DNA of 63,496 nucleotides, the filler included, from Octopus bimaculoides (taxonomy: Eukaryota), in assembly GCF_001194135.2 (NCBI RefSeq). It is 3 parts of 2 records of this genome, joined end to end, with 100 filler letters (N's around TTAATTAATTAA, not from the genome) between each part and the next. Parts side by side here need not be neighbours in the genome. Positions count along the whole stretch, not along the records: positions 22,174 to 31,554 come from NC_068986.1; positions 31,655 to 63,496 come from NC_068986.1; 1 more part is not named here. One strand, 5' to 3'. Within the stretch, counting starts at the first letter, position 1; each line of letters begins with the position of its first letter. A program made the position numbers and the translations under genes. Below, piece after piece: positions 24,607 to 37,478 of this stretch. The notes under the pieces were generated by a model. It ran no database searches, was not told the origin of the DNA, and saw only the letters and a program-made list of their open reading frames with translations.

Positions 24607-26518
24607 NNNNNNNNNNNNNNNNNNNNNNNNNNNNNNNNNNNNNNNNNNNNNNNNNNNNNNNNNNNNNNNNNNNNNNNNNNNNNNNNNNNNNNNNNNNNNN
24701 NNNNNNNNNNNNNNNNNNNNNNNNNNNNNNNNNNNNNNNNNNNNNNNNNNNNNNNNNNNNNNNNNNNNNNNNNNNNNNNNNNNNNNNNNNNNNNNNNNNN
24801 NNNNNNNNNNNNNNNNNNNNNNNNNNNNNNNNNNNNNNNNNNNNNNNNNNNNNNNNNNNNNNNNNNNNNNNNTATATATATACATATAGATGTAAGTATG
24901 TATGTGTTTGTGTGTATGTAAGTATGAATGTGAGACTATGTGTTTATCTATTGCATATTACGTATTTATATACATACACATACATACATACATGTATACA
25001 TACATACATACATACACATATACACACAAACACACTGACACACTCACCTAGGCGTACACACTTTTATAAATACGCAAATATAAATCGTATTATTGAGATA
25101 CACACGTAAGCAGTCACAAAGAAAATCATGTGTGTAGATATATATATATCTATAGGTGTGTGTACGTTTGAGTATAATTGCATGAAATTTCATCAGCGTT
25201 CTAGACAGAGACTTGAAAGTGAATGGTATTACCATGGCTGAGGAGCCAAATATTATACTTTCAACACAATATTTCTGTCAGTTTGTCTCAGACGCTTAAA
25301 TATAATCATGCGTTCCAGTAAACACACGTGTCTCAGAATACAATTACTTTGTTTCTCTCTAGATGCCATAAAAAAGATAGCATTAGATTATCTCATTACA
25401 TTTATTTATTAGATATAATATTACAAATGATAGGTGACAGGGCTTCTTGAAAAGTTCTTACCTTCAGACATATACATCCATAAGTTTGTTATATGCTGAC
25501 ACTCGTACGCAATTATTAATGAGAAATAGGTGAAAAAACTTCAGTATACAATGGATAATTTTGAATTACTTTGGGTGTATTTATGCTGTCGTCTACATTT
25601 TAAAAATTCACGTTAGCACTGAACAACGAATAGATTTTTCGACAAGGTTTTAAAGAAGAACATCTGCTCTTGATAGATTCATTGGTTTTGGAGGTGCCTG
25701 TAGCTGAGGAGACTCAAGGATATCGAAACAGCAGTTGTCTCTGCATCACAAATATATCAATGAATCGAATCTCACGTCGCAAAGGCAAGGCTGTTTCTCC
25801 TTAGATGAAACACAACCGCCGTTGTCACAGTCAATTTCTAATCTGCAGAAACCTATTGAGAATTGATTCTCACTGGTCACCGTGCATATGACAATTTATT
25901 TTATATTGTCATAGCTAGAATATTTTTCATTCCGTTTAGATTATAAAAAAAAAATTCTATTACAGGCTAATCAATCTTAAAATGAATAATGTGCTGTTTA
26001 TAATTTAGATGTATTTGAATAAGACTCTGTCATGTCGTTTATCATAATTCTTGAATTCACAATTTATTTTGTTTTCTGTCCGCCCAATTTTCACTTTTAG
26101 CTGCCATATAGTCTGGCTTGTAAATATGTTCACGAAACACATTTTTTAAAAAGATTTCAAATATATTAAGCAAAATGTCGGAATATTAAAGTGAGGGAAC
26201 CAAAGATTATTTGATCTAACTGTAAAAACTTTATCGTATTCAATTATACGATTGATGCTGTGAAATTCATTGGCCAACAATATCTTGAATTTTAGATTAA
26301 TATTCCTAGCAAGTAATGTGGAATTTCTTGGTAGAAAGGAAGTATTTATATACTGCACTCGGAGAGTATTTCGAAATAATACAGCAGTTGTTTACATAAT
26401 AAAATGCTATTTACTATAACATCACATTTCTCTATTCTTGATATTTGTAAATACGTTTTATATGTATCTGATATAGGCTTTTTGACATATATATATATAG
26501 ATAGATAGATAAATAGAC

Positions 26519-26567
<49 letters not shown>

Positions 26568-26589
26568 GATAGATAAACATACACGCACA

Positions 26590-26660
26590 CACATGCAGTG
26601 CGTTCAAAAGGTATCCAGCTTTAATTTTTCCCGCCAAAACTAACATTGCGTCGGCAAAAA
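26590..26660 (+). mobile_element. Mariner terminal fragment
   Basis: gtgcgttcaaaaggtatccagc resembles the TIRs of the 37479-38350 element. Confidence 0.4.
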
Positions 26661-27435
26661 TGCTTCCGGTGGGAAGCGATACTAATCGTCTTGTGCACGA
26701 AGGAAAATTTTCGCGCCGGTAACATTTTATGCACATACATACACATGCCTATTTGAATAAGACAAGTTTGATTTATTTGTAGAATTGAATATTTTCATCA
26801 TATTTATTTATAAATGTACAAAATATATTCTCGTACTGTGGATATGCATAAGAAACTATTAGTGAATATTTTCATGAGCTTACTTTGAAGTGACACATCT
26901 CTAAGAGAGAGAAAGGGCAAGAGAGAGAGAGAGAGAGAAAGAGAGATCACATATTACTTAAAGGTACACGTATAAAATAATATAAACTAAGACTACTCGT
27001 AAAAAATAGTTGTGTGGAATAAATCTTACTGTATGTCTTAACCAAAATGGTTTTGCTGTAGAAGAATTATTATATTTTACTAAGTGTGGTCACTGTTCAA
27101 CTTATCAAAGTTCAAAGTTTCTCAATGGATTTGTCATCAATTGCGTATCAATGCAGACAGCTGTGTGAAAATAACAACACCGGAATATATACTTAATGCC
27201 TGTTTGTAGTGGGGAAGCAAAAAGAAAAAGAAAAAGTCCAAGATTACTAAGTGATCTTACTCTATCATATTTGACAGACAAAATTCACACAGCCTTGAGG
27301 CTTAGGATTGTCACTAAAGATATTCACTGAACTGTGACAGCTTTAACTAACGGAACCAAACATTGTCACATGACATTATAGAACGGACATAGCAGAGAAC
27401 TTACAAAAATTTCCAAATCTTATCACGCACTTATA

Positions 27436-27467
<32 letters not shown>

Positions 27468-28033
27468 ATTAGGGACAAAATCCAAAATTACAGGTAAAAA
27501 ACTCAATTAAAATCAATTTATAAAAAATTTATATTAAATTGAGCCTTATAGATAAAGTATATATAAATATATAGTTTTAGGGAAAATAACCAATTTTCCA
27601 GAACTCATCGATGAAAATCCACTATCACATATAGAAAAATTAATAATTAAAAGCACAATAAATGAGTATAATATAAAGTAAAGTAAATATCATAAGATAA
27701 ATATAATATTATATTTNNNNNNNNNNNNNNNNNNNNNNNNNNNNNNNNNNNNNNNNNNNNNNNNNNNNNNNNNNNNNNNNNNNNNNNNNNNNNNNNNNNN
27801 NNNNNNNNNNNNNNNNNNNNNNNNNNNNNNNNNNNNNNNNNNNNNNNNNNNNNNNNNNNNNNNNNNNNNNNNNNNNNNNNNNNNNNNNNNNNNNNNNNNN
27901 NNNNNNNNNNNNNNNNNNNNNNNNNNNNNNNNNNNNNNNNNNNNNNNNNNNNNNNNNNNNNNNNNNNNNNNNNNNNNNNNNNNNNNNNNNNNNNNNNNNN
28001 NNNNNNNNNNNNNNNNNNNNNNNNNNNNNNNNN

Positions 28034-28365
28034 GTGGTAACTAGCTTGCTTACCAACCACATGGTTCCAGGTTCATTTCCACTGCGTGGCACCTTGGGCA
28101 AGTTTCTTCTACTATAGACTCGGGCCGACCAAAGAAGTCCGTCGTATATATGTATATATATATGTATGTGTGTATATGTTTGTGTGTCTTTGTTTGTCCC
28201 CCAGCATCGCTGGTGTGTTTACATCCCCGCAACTTAGTGGTTCGCCAAAAGAGACCGATAGAATAAATACTAGACTTCCAAAGAACAAGTCCTGGGGTCG
28301 ATTTGCTCGACTAAAGGCGATGCTTCAGCATGGCCACAGTCAAATGACTGAAACAAGTAAAAGAG
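28034..28365 (+). mobile_element. Composite SINE A+B (young copy)
   Basis: Near-consensus ccaaccacatggttccaggttcatttccactgcgtggcaccttgggcaag, then (TA/TG)n, then module B ending gactgaaacaagtaaaagag. Confidence 0.9.
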
Positions 28366-28387
28366 CATACATGGGGTGGGCGTGTAT

Positions 28388-28575
28388 ATCTTTGTGTCTG
28401 TGTTTGCCTCCCTATTTCGCTTGGTAACCGATGGTAGTCTGTTTACGTCCTGTAACCCAGCTGTTCGACAAAAGAGACCAGTAGAATAAATACTCGGGTC
28501 CATTTGTTCGACTAAAACCCTTTAAAGCGGTTGAACAGCATGGGCGCAATCGAATAACTAAAACAAGGAAAAGAA
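28388..28575 (+). mobile_element. SINE module B
   Basis: tgtctgtgtttgcctcc..aaaagagaccagtagaataaatact..cagcatgggcgcaatcgaataactaaaacaagg. Confidence 0.75.
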
Positions 28576-29466
28576 TATGTATGTATGTATGTAGAGTGTG
28601 AGTGAACCGCCTATCTATTGCATATGCATGCACAGAAAGATGCAAACACGTGCGTGCGCAGTTGTGTGTGTAATACACACTCCTTCTAGAAACAATGATC
28701 ACTACATCTAGTAACGTCTATTGATGCTGTCTATCCGAGGTTCTTGCATATATGAGTTTATTCTTGCGCCTGAAAGAAGAACCCGGGCGTAGCGTTGTAG
28801 AATCGATATAATAAATCATCAGCCTCGCTTGAATGAACTTATACAGAGATGGAGATTAATGTTCTTTAACATGTTACATACGAGTATCTTGATAGCGGAT
28901 CAGTCGCATAATTGTTTGCCGTTTCACACATGTAGCACTGTAGCAGAAATTACTTGGGAATGATAAGACGAGTAGATGCGAAAAACAATTCCATTACCTC
29001 TTCAGATGAGATTATTAAACCATGCAAGATAATATTATAAGACTTTTTTTTTTCTTTATTAAGGTACCGATAACAGAAATAGGTCGATTCCTCTCCAATC
29101 CTTGTTATTTCCAGCGAATGATAACCTACTTCTTTTAGAGAAAGTTGTGGGTGGTTAGTTGGGAGGATATTGGAATCACTAAGCACCTATCATTCTATAT
29201 CTTTGTGCAACAATTCTACAGAGGTCACGAATCTAGGTCAAAAGCAAAATGCGATCAGCTAGAAAAGATGGGCTATTTAGAATTGTGTGTGCGTAGAAGA
29301 ACACATGAAATTGGAATACAAAGGCATGCACACATAAATATGCATGTGTGTGTGCATAATACAAGTACCACTTCTAACTATAGATGCACACAACTATCTA
29401 TATAGATGTATATGTATATGTATGTATATANNNNNNNNNNNNNNNNNNNNNNNNNNNNNNNNNNNN

Positions 29467-29499
<33 letters not shown>

Positions 29500-29872
29500 C
29501 TGTGTGAGCGTCTATATATACATATATACATGGACATGAGTGTTTGCGTGCCATGTATATACGAATAAACACACATACTGACATAGAAATACATTTATAT
29601 TTAGGTATACAGGCACATGCATTCTAAAAGTTACACACACATAGTAAGAGGCACACGCATAAAGGTGTACACACACACATGCACACACGCACAGATATGC
29701 ATACATGACTCGAAACAACAAAACGTACAACAAAAACATTTAAATCTATACACTCCAATACAAATATGCCCGCCTGCGCGAATCTTAAATTGTATGAACG
29801 TGTAACTGTATGCATATCGGTGTGTGACCTGCAGGATGTTATTTCAGTATGTTAACATATAGAATATATTCT

Positions 29873-29910
<38 letters not shown>

Positions 29911-30559
29911 AGCTCTAATATACATATTTACAAATACGTGTGTGTTTTTATGTGGGTATATATGTACATGTAGGTATACAAGTTGGTGTGTGTATTTGTA
30001 CAAGCGTGCGTGTGGTAGTTAAAGATACACGCAGTCGGTCCTTTTGTATTTAACGTTGAGTGTCTTGTTGAAACCAAATCTCCTGCAGACAATTTCTTCT
30101 GAAGTGCTTTCTACAAAGAAACTTCAACAAAAAACATTCCAGTCTGCAACAATCACACCAACAACAGCAGCAGCAACAACAACAACAACCAGATTAGCAA
30201 CAGTAACCATAGCAGCAGTAGTAGCAGCAGCAGTAGCAGCAACAGCAGGAATAACTAGAAAAGAACGTTAAGTCTTTATAGATCCACCCCCTTTCCAATA
30301 CCAGTTTTGTCATATATATACGCATATGAATCTGTATGTGTGTGTCTGTGTACTCACACATCTATATACACACATACAAATATGTATATGTATATATCTA
30401 TGTATGTATGTATGTATGTATGTATGTATGTATGTATATGAGTGTGATTGTGTGTAAGTATATATTCCGAAATTCTTTAATTCGTTAAAATGGTTCAGCT
30501 TCAAAGCTGCGGTCATGCTGGAGCACCAGCGTTGTCTGGGCTACACCATTAGTTTAAAC

Positions 30560-30950
30560 TTCCTCTGATGTGTGGCACTTGGTGAATGAGGGAGTTTGAT
30601 GCCGCTGCTCACATCTACGATTCCTACTCTGAGGTAGGCTCGTCTTGAAATTTGAGAGGAATAGATCGAAGTAACGTTTTAAAGACACATCCACACTATG
30701 TAAGTCCCTCAGGAATTTTGGAAAGATATTAAAGCGCTGTGGGTCTTTTGAAACCCTAGCTGTTGCAGTATCTAATCCTGACTCTTCATGGCGAAGCTGG
30801 GATCTTTGGCACTATGCAGCGCCTCCCCGTTCTGTTCTTTGAAGAACTTTTAATGCCAGAGTTAGGTAGAAGGCCTTCCAGGAATTTCCAGATGTATATC
30901 ATTGCATATGCTTCCCGGCTTCGTTCATAATCTTTTATTGCGTGACCGAG
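30560..30950 (-). pseudogene. CR1-like LINE 3' end
   Basis: ERSREAYAMIYIWKFLEGLLPNSGIKS..RTGRRCIVPKIP..RVRIRYCNS.GF..PQRFNIFPKFLRDLH..FKRYFDLFLS..DEPT..AAASNSLIHQVP. Confidence 0.85.
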
Positions 30951-30961
30951 TTAGTCATTGG

Positions 30962-31140
30962 GCCGCGGCTATGTTGGGGCACCACCTTGAAGGGTGTTAG
31001 ACGAAAGAATCGACCACAGTACTTAATTTTAAAAACCTGACAATTATTACATCGGTCTTTTTGCCGAACCTCTAAGCTGCATCACCGTAAACAAAACAAT
31101 AGCGGTTGTCCAGCGTTCATGAGTACAATCACAAACACAG
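30962..31140 (-). mobile_element. SINE module B
   Basis: gccgcggctatgttggggcaccaccttgaagg..cggtctttttgccgaacc..gcggttgtccagcg. Confidence 0.75.
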
Positions 31141-31177
31141 ACTCAAAACCATATATATATATCTATATATATATATA

Positions 31178-31554
31178 AGGAAAGATTTGCCAATGTTCTG
31201 CGCCGTGAGGACCAAAGACTCGAGGTATTTCGTATTGAAAGACAGTGTAGGAGAGAGAATAGTGATGATGTAGGAGAGAAATGTGTTCGCATGGATGATG
31301 GTACGCTTGCACTAAATGAGGATGCAAAGAAAGAGGTCTGGAGATGCCACTACGATAGATTGCTTAATAAAGAGAATGAATGGGAGAAAGAGAGCCTGCC
31401 GTATGTCGACCCAATAGAGGGACCAGCTATCCGAGTTGATAGTACCAGGGTAGATAAAGCAATTAAGAGTAAGAAGACCGGGAAAGCCCCCGGCCCATCA
31501 GGAATCACTGCAGAGATGCTCAAAATATCTGGCAGTGTTGGCTATAACCTAGTC
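31178..31554 (+). pseudogene. RTE-type LINE fragment (pre-RT region), open frame, cut by a scaffold join
   Basis: EDQRLEVFRIERQCRRENSDDVGEKCVRMDDGTLALNEDAKKEVWRCHYDRLLNKENEWEKESLPYVDPIEGPAIRVD..KAIKSKKTGKAPGPSGITAEMLKISG. Confidence 0.9.
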
Positions 31555-31682
31555 NNNNNNNNNNNNNNNNNNNNNNNNNNNNNNNNNNNNNNNNNNNNTT
31601 AATTAATTAANNNNNNNNNNNNNNNNNNNNNNNNNNNNNNNNNNNNNNNNNNNNATATATAGCTATCTATCTATTTATCTAT

Positions 31683-31742
<60 letters not shown>

Positions 31743-31783
31743 ATATATACACACACACACACACACATATGTATATATATCTT

Positions 31784-32010
31784 CATCATCATCATTTAGT
31801 GTCTGTTTTCCATGCTGGAATGGGTTAGATAGTTTGACTGGAACTGGTAAACCAGAGAGCTGTACCAACTCCAGTCCTGATTGGCATCAGGCAAGGCACC
31901 AAACCTTTCCTGATGCCAATCATTCCAAACTTGTAGTAGGTGCCCTTTATATCTCACTGGCACTGGCCACCACTATGATTTTACTTGGCTTGATGTGTCT
32001 TCTCAGGCAC
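31784..32010 (-). mobile_element. RTE-family 3' UTR/tail copy ((GAT)n tail)
   Basis: catcatcatcatttagtgtctgttttccatgctggaatgggttagatagtttgactg. Same family as 34620-35030, 41452-41830, 44255-44526 and 50088-50520. Confidence 0.8.
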
Positions 32011-32833
32011 GATATATATATNNNNNNNNNNNNNNNNNNNNNNNNNNNNNNNNNNNNNNNNNNNNNNNNNNNNNNNNNNNNNNNNNNNNNNNNNNNNNNN
32101 NNNNNNNNNNNNNNNNNNNNNNNNNNNNNNNNNNNNNNNNNNNNNNNNNNNNNNNNNNNNNNNNNNNNNNNNNNNNNNNNNNNNNNNNNNNNNNNNNNNN
32201 NNNNNNNNNNNNNNNNNNNNNNNNNNNNNNNNNNNNNNNNNNNNNNNNNNNNNNNNNNNNNNNNNNNNNNNNNNNNNNNNNNNNNNNNNNNNNNNNNNNN
32301 NNNNNNNNNNNNNNNNNNNNNNNNNNNNNNNNNNNNNNNNNNNNNNNNNNNNNNNNNNNNNNNNNNNNNNNNNNNNNNNNNNNNNNNNNNNNNNNNNNNN
32401 NNNNNNNNNNNNNNNNNNNNNNNNNNNNNNNNNNNNNNNNNNNNNNNNNNNNNNNNNNNNNNNNNNNNNNNNNNNNNNNNNNNNNNNNNNNNNNNNNNNN
32501 NNNNNNNNNNNNNNNNNNNNNNNNNNNNNNNNNNNNNNNNNNNNNNNNNNNNNNNNNNNNNNNNNNNNNNNNNNNNNNNNNNNNNNNNNNNNNNNNNNNN
32601 NNNNNNNNNNNNNNNNNNNNNNNNNNNNNNNNNNNNNNNNNNNNNNNNNNNNNNNNNNNNNNNNNNNNNNNNNNNNNNNNNNNNNNNNNNNNNNNNNNNN
32701 NNNNNNNNNNNNNNNNNNNNNNNNNNNNNNNNNNNNNNNNNNNNNNNNNNNNNNNNNNNNNNNNNNNNNNNNNNNNNNNNNNNNNNTATATATATATATA
32801 TATACATATATATGTTTATATATATATATATAT

Positions 32834-32936
32834 AAATGTGCCTATGTATATGTGTATATATATATATAAATGTGCCTATGTATATGTGTATATATATATA
32901 TATAAATGTGCCTATGTATATGTGTATATACATATG
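32834..32936. repeat. 34-36-bp tandem repeat x3 (aaatgtgcctatgtatatgtg(ta)n)
   Basis: Units start at 32834, 32868 and 32904. Confidence 0.9.
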
Positions 32937-33811
32937 TAAATGATTATGCGTGTTTGTGTGTAGTCGTCAGGATACTAGAATAATCTGAAAAATGACAAAA
33001 TATTTTCAAAAATGAGTTATTTGCACGATAAGAATGTCAGGATCAGTTATCAAAATTACAATAATAATTTGTATCTTCAGACAAAGAATATGATACGAAG
33101 AACATTTTCCGGGGAAAACTGACACATTTCTTTGTAGAACTCTTTTACATGGTTAGTACATTTCATAAATTGTATGAATGGACATAGTTACCATTGGTGG
33201 GGCATTAATATTGTAACTCAGCAATTTTTCAAGAAATTAATTGAATTCTTTTGTTTTTGTATTTATATTATTATGGCAGAACATATTACTCAAAGATAGA
33301 TGAGAAATAAAGGCAGAGCAGAAAAAAATTGCTTGACAGTTGATGTTCAGTAATTAGCACAGGCAGTAAATAGATCTACTTTTAAATGTCTAATCATTAT
33401 TTATTTTGTACGATAAGACAACTGCTGGACACTCCTCTCTGCATGTTGATGGATATAGTATAATATAGATAACAGTATATAAAACTTCAACTGTATTTGA
33501 CACTGAACATTAAGGGACATTAATATTGATTAATAATACTTATGATTTATATACTCCATAACAATTATATATTCAATATTTTCATCTAAGTATTCTATAT
33601 TTACGTCTGTTGTATATCATATTTTACACAATTTCCTTTGTTTTATACTTATATGGTCTTCATGTAAGTGTTTTTTTGCTTTAATCACATATATATTTTT
33701 GTGGATCAGTTAGTAGTTTCTATATCTTTATGTTCCATGTGCTTAGTTTTATGATTTCTCTATGCGTTCCAAATGTTTAGTCTATGATTTCCATATGACT
33801 TGTGTTCCATA

Positions 33812-34480
33812 TAAAGGTTAACTGAAAAGTACATAAGCTGACCAAGATACTCTCATGGAATGTGACCAAATGAGGTTTATTTTTCAACATCGTCTCCCTT
33901 ACAGTCCACACACTTCTTCCATTGGTGTTGTAGTGCTTGGATCCCATAGGTGAAGAAGCTTTCATCATATTGGTGAAAAAAAGTCATCAACAGTAGAGAT
34001 GATGTCACCATCACTGCAATGCTGCTTCCCAGCTAAGTGGTTTTATCATGTTGGAGAACAGATGACAGTCAGATGGGGCCAAATCAGGAGAATAGTGATG
34101 GTGATCAACCAGTTCAAAGCCACAGTCACAAACAGCAGCTATTCAAACCAAAGACTTGTGTGCTGGAACATTGCCCCAATGAAACAAGACCTCTTTCGTC
34201 AGTTTTCTTGAGCTTTTGGTTTTGACAGCCTTTTGTAACTGCCTTGGGTGATCTTCAAGATTCTCCCTTCCCCTGAAATTCAACTGCCCACTTTTGCTCT
34301 GCTGATAAAGCTGGTGCATCATCACCCTCCAATGTAGCAACCATGTCAGCATGAATGTCCTTGGAGGCTAAACCCTTCTTCTGCACATATTTAACACTAC
34401 AATGCCAAATTTTGTTCATTTTCAAGAGAAGTCACTACTAGATATTTTTGAAGTCTTCTTTGAACAGTCAGATGTCAGGT
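33812..34480 (-). mobile_element. Internally deleted mariner element
   Basis: Minus strand: N-terminal ..KDIHADMVATL..DAPALS..KWAVEF..GRENLEDHPR fused to LQKAVKTK..KLTKEVLFH.GNVPAHKSLV, and C-terminal W.KCVDC.GDDVEK*. TIR-like aaggttaactgaaaagtacataagctgac at 33813. Confidence 0.85.
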
Positions 34481-34619
34481 TAACTGGAAAAATACAATCC
34501 AGTTATTCATAAGAAGAGATGAAATTAATGTATGCAAGAGTTCCAAGTGTTTAGTTTATGATTTTCTTATGGTTTGTGTTGTATGTGTTTAGTTTATGAT
34601 TTCCTTATGTTTTTTTTCC

Positions 34620-35590
34620 ATCATCATCATCGTCTTCATTTAACGTCTGCTTTCCATGCTGGCATGGGTTAGATGGTTTGACTGAAGGCTGGGAGGCTGC
34701 ACCAGGCTCCAATCTGATTTGGCAAGGTTTTTACTGCTGAATGCCCTTCCTAATGCCAACCACTCTAAGAGTGTAGTGGAGCTTTTTACGTGTCACCGGC
34801 ATGGGAGCTAGTCAGGCGGCACTGGCAACGGCCATGATTGAATGGTACTTTTTATGTGCTACCAGCATGGGTGCTAGTCAGGCAGCACTGGCATTGCCTA
34901 CGACTATGATTTCACTTGGTTCAACAGGTCTTCACAAGCACAGCATATTGCCTGACGATTGAAAGGTGCTTTTAAATAGGCCAGTTATGCTGCACTGGCA
35001 TAGGCCACGGTTACGGTCTCACTTGGCTTGCTGGGTCTTCTCAAGCACAGCATATCTCTAAAGGTCTTGGTCACTTGTCATTGCCTCTGTGAGGCCTAAT
35101 GTTCAAAGGTTGTGCTTCACCATCTCATCCCATGTCTTCTTGGGTCTACCTCTTCCACAGGTTACCACCACTGTTAGGGTATGACATTTCTTTACACAGC
35201 TCATCCATATGCAACACATGACCATACCAGTGCATTTGTCTCTCTTGCACACCACATCCGATGCCTCTTATGTCCAACTTTTCTCTCTCAGGGTGATTAC
35301 ACTCTGTTGTGTATGCACACTGACATTACACATCCAGCAGAGCATACTGGCTTCATTCCTTGCAAGCTTACACATGTCCTTAGCAGTCTCAGCCCATGTT
35401 CCACTGCCATGTAGCATGGCTGTCAACTACTAGTTGTTTCCCCTGGCATGTGATGGAATCTGTTTTCTGTACATTTTCGATGTTTATTGCACCTGTGCCT
35501 CTGCCACACACAAAAACTGTCTTCCCAGTCAACCTTCCTTTGATATTGCTGCACCTCTTATATGTCCATAGCTTACACTGGTCTTAGGGA
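34620..35590 (-). pseudogene. RTE-type LINE 3' part with PHD-like Cys motif, plus 3' UTR and (GAT)n tail
   Basis: QCKLWTYKRCSNIKGRLTGKTVFVCGR; LHGS.TWA.TA.D..KL.RNEASML.WMCNVSVH; CGRGRPKKTWDEMVKHNL.TLGLTEAMTSD.DL.RYAVLEKT. Confidence 0.9.
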
Positions 35591-36384
35591 GTTTCTACCA
35601 ATGCCTTTTCAACAAATCAAGCTTATGATTTCTTTATGAATTTGTGTTCCATGTGTTTAGTTTATGATTCCCTGATTTGTTGTGTTCTTTGTGTTTAGTT
35701 TATGATTTTTTTGTGTTTAGTTTATGATTTCCTTATGATTTGTGTTCCATGTGTTTAGTCTACGATTTCCTTATGACTTGTGTTCCATATGTTTAGGTTA
35801 TGATTTTCATAAGTCTTGACATTTTATTTCAAGAAAGCAATCTTACAAAAATGGTGGTGTCTATTTACTTTTGAGATGTCAATGTGCATTAAAAAAAGAG
35901 AAAAAAAAAAAATGGATGGGTCAATTCATGCACCAAGATGATTTTGGAAGACCAAAAATTCCATGTGAAATGCAGCAGGATTAGGAAAGATAGTGACGAT
36001 ATTTGAATGTTTTACACTACATATCTTCTCTATAAACTACGTCAACTTGTAATGTCAGAGAATATATTTTCTTTGAGATGAACATGCAAACTCCTAAAAA
36101 GGTACTCAATGATTGAGTGGAATTCATTCATCTACAACTTTTGGTTTGTCATCAAATTCTGCTTCCTTCCTCCATCTCTTCTCCAGATAATGATGGTCTC
36201 ATCTCATGTGAATTGTTTCTTTTTGTATCACTCCTCTTACATCCACTCATTGACCTCAATTCTTTCCTATTCTTGCAGCCATATCTCTTTAATATTAAAA
36301 CAATTTGTCTAATTCCATTTTTTTCTTTTAGTTGTTTCATTCTTATCCAGTTGTATTCCACTTTATCCACAGTTTACCTTGTAC

Positions 36385-36795
36385 CTTTTACTTCTTTCAG
36401 TCATTGGACTGTGGCCATGCTGAGGCACAGCTTTGAGGGGCTTTAAGTTGAATGAATCAACTCCAGAACTTTTTATTTTTATGCCTGATACTTATTTTAT
36501 TGGCCTCTTTTGCCAAATTGTTAAATAAACTGTCACCAGTTGTCAAACAGTGGTGGAAACAAACACAATAACACGCATACACACACGTACGTATGTATGT
36601 ATGTATGTATGTATGTATGTATGCATGTACAATGGATTTCTTTCAGTTTCTGTATAACAAAACTAGATTCATCCCCAAGGCTTTAGTCAGCCTGGGGCTA
36701 TAGCAGAAGATACTTGATTGGTGCCACACAGTGAGACTGACCCTGGAACTTTGTGGTTGGAAAACAAACTTCATATCACACAACCACACCTGCAT
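36385..36795 (-). mobile_element. Composite SINE A+B
   Basis: Module B: ctttcagtcattggactgtggccatgctgaggcac..gttgtcaaacagtgg. Module A: ttctttcagtttctg..ccccaaggctttagtcagcc..gtgccacacagtgagactgaccctggaac. Confidence 0.82.
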
Positions 36796-37478
36796 GTATT
36801 GTTTAAAAGAGCTTGAAACAGGCTATGGGAATATATTTTTCTGTTAGACTTCTCAAGCTTAAAAAATATAGTAACTTGAGGATTCAGGATTGGATTGTAA
36901 TCCAATTTATAATTGAATTATAATCCAATTTTTACAAACCATTATCAAGATAAAAAAAATCCATTAAAGTTTTTATTTTTATTTCTTTTTCTGAATTTCA
37001 AAAATAAAATATTGAAACAAGAATCAGATTTAAGAACTCTCAAGAAATTCTCAAATAATGAAGTTCAAGAAAATCCCAAAATCAAATTAAAAAAGAAAAG
37101 AAGAAAAGTTTAGCATAAAAGAAAATGACAGACAACCTTGTCATGCAACTTCCTGGTCTGAAGTTCTAAACTGATAAAGATTACAAGATTACAATATAAT
37201 CTTAGATATTATCATTATTGATGATCCAATATTGGTTTTTAATATTTCTGGTTTAATATTATTGGTTTATTGTTAGGATCTGTTGTTGGCTGAATTTCTT
37301 CTCTTCTTTCCATCTTATTAAAATATGAGTAGGCTTGTAGCTCCTCTACAGCAGGAAAACTGTTATGTTCCACTGAATCCTGAAAAATCATCTGACCTAT
37401 GCTAGCATGCAACATGAATGTTATAAGATGATAATGATGATGTGTATGTATGTATATGTATGTATATATATATGTATA

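Larger units (their letters stand above)
33735..35810. repeat. 38-bp minisatellite split into three blocks (33735-33812, 34545-34610, 35620-35810)
   Basis: Unit ttagtttatgatttccttatgatttgtgttccatgtgt; period 38 measured at 35717/35755. Confidence 0.85.

Noticed and set aside
28720-28925. CTGATGA on the minus strand at ~28820 as a hammerhead core
   Set aside because: There is no downstream stem II/GAAA. The context reads like a decayed mariner coding segment (..EADDLLYRF..).
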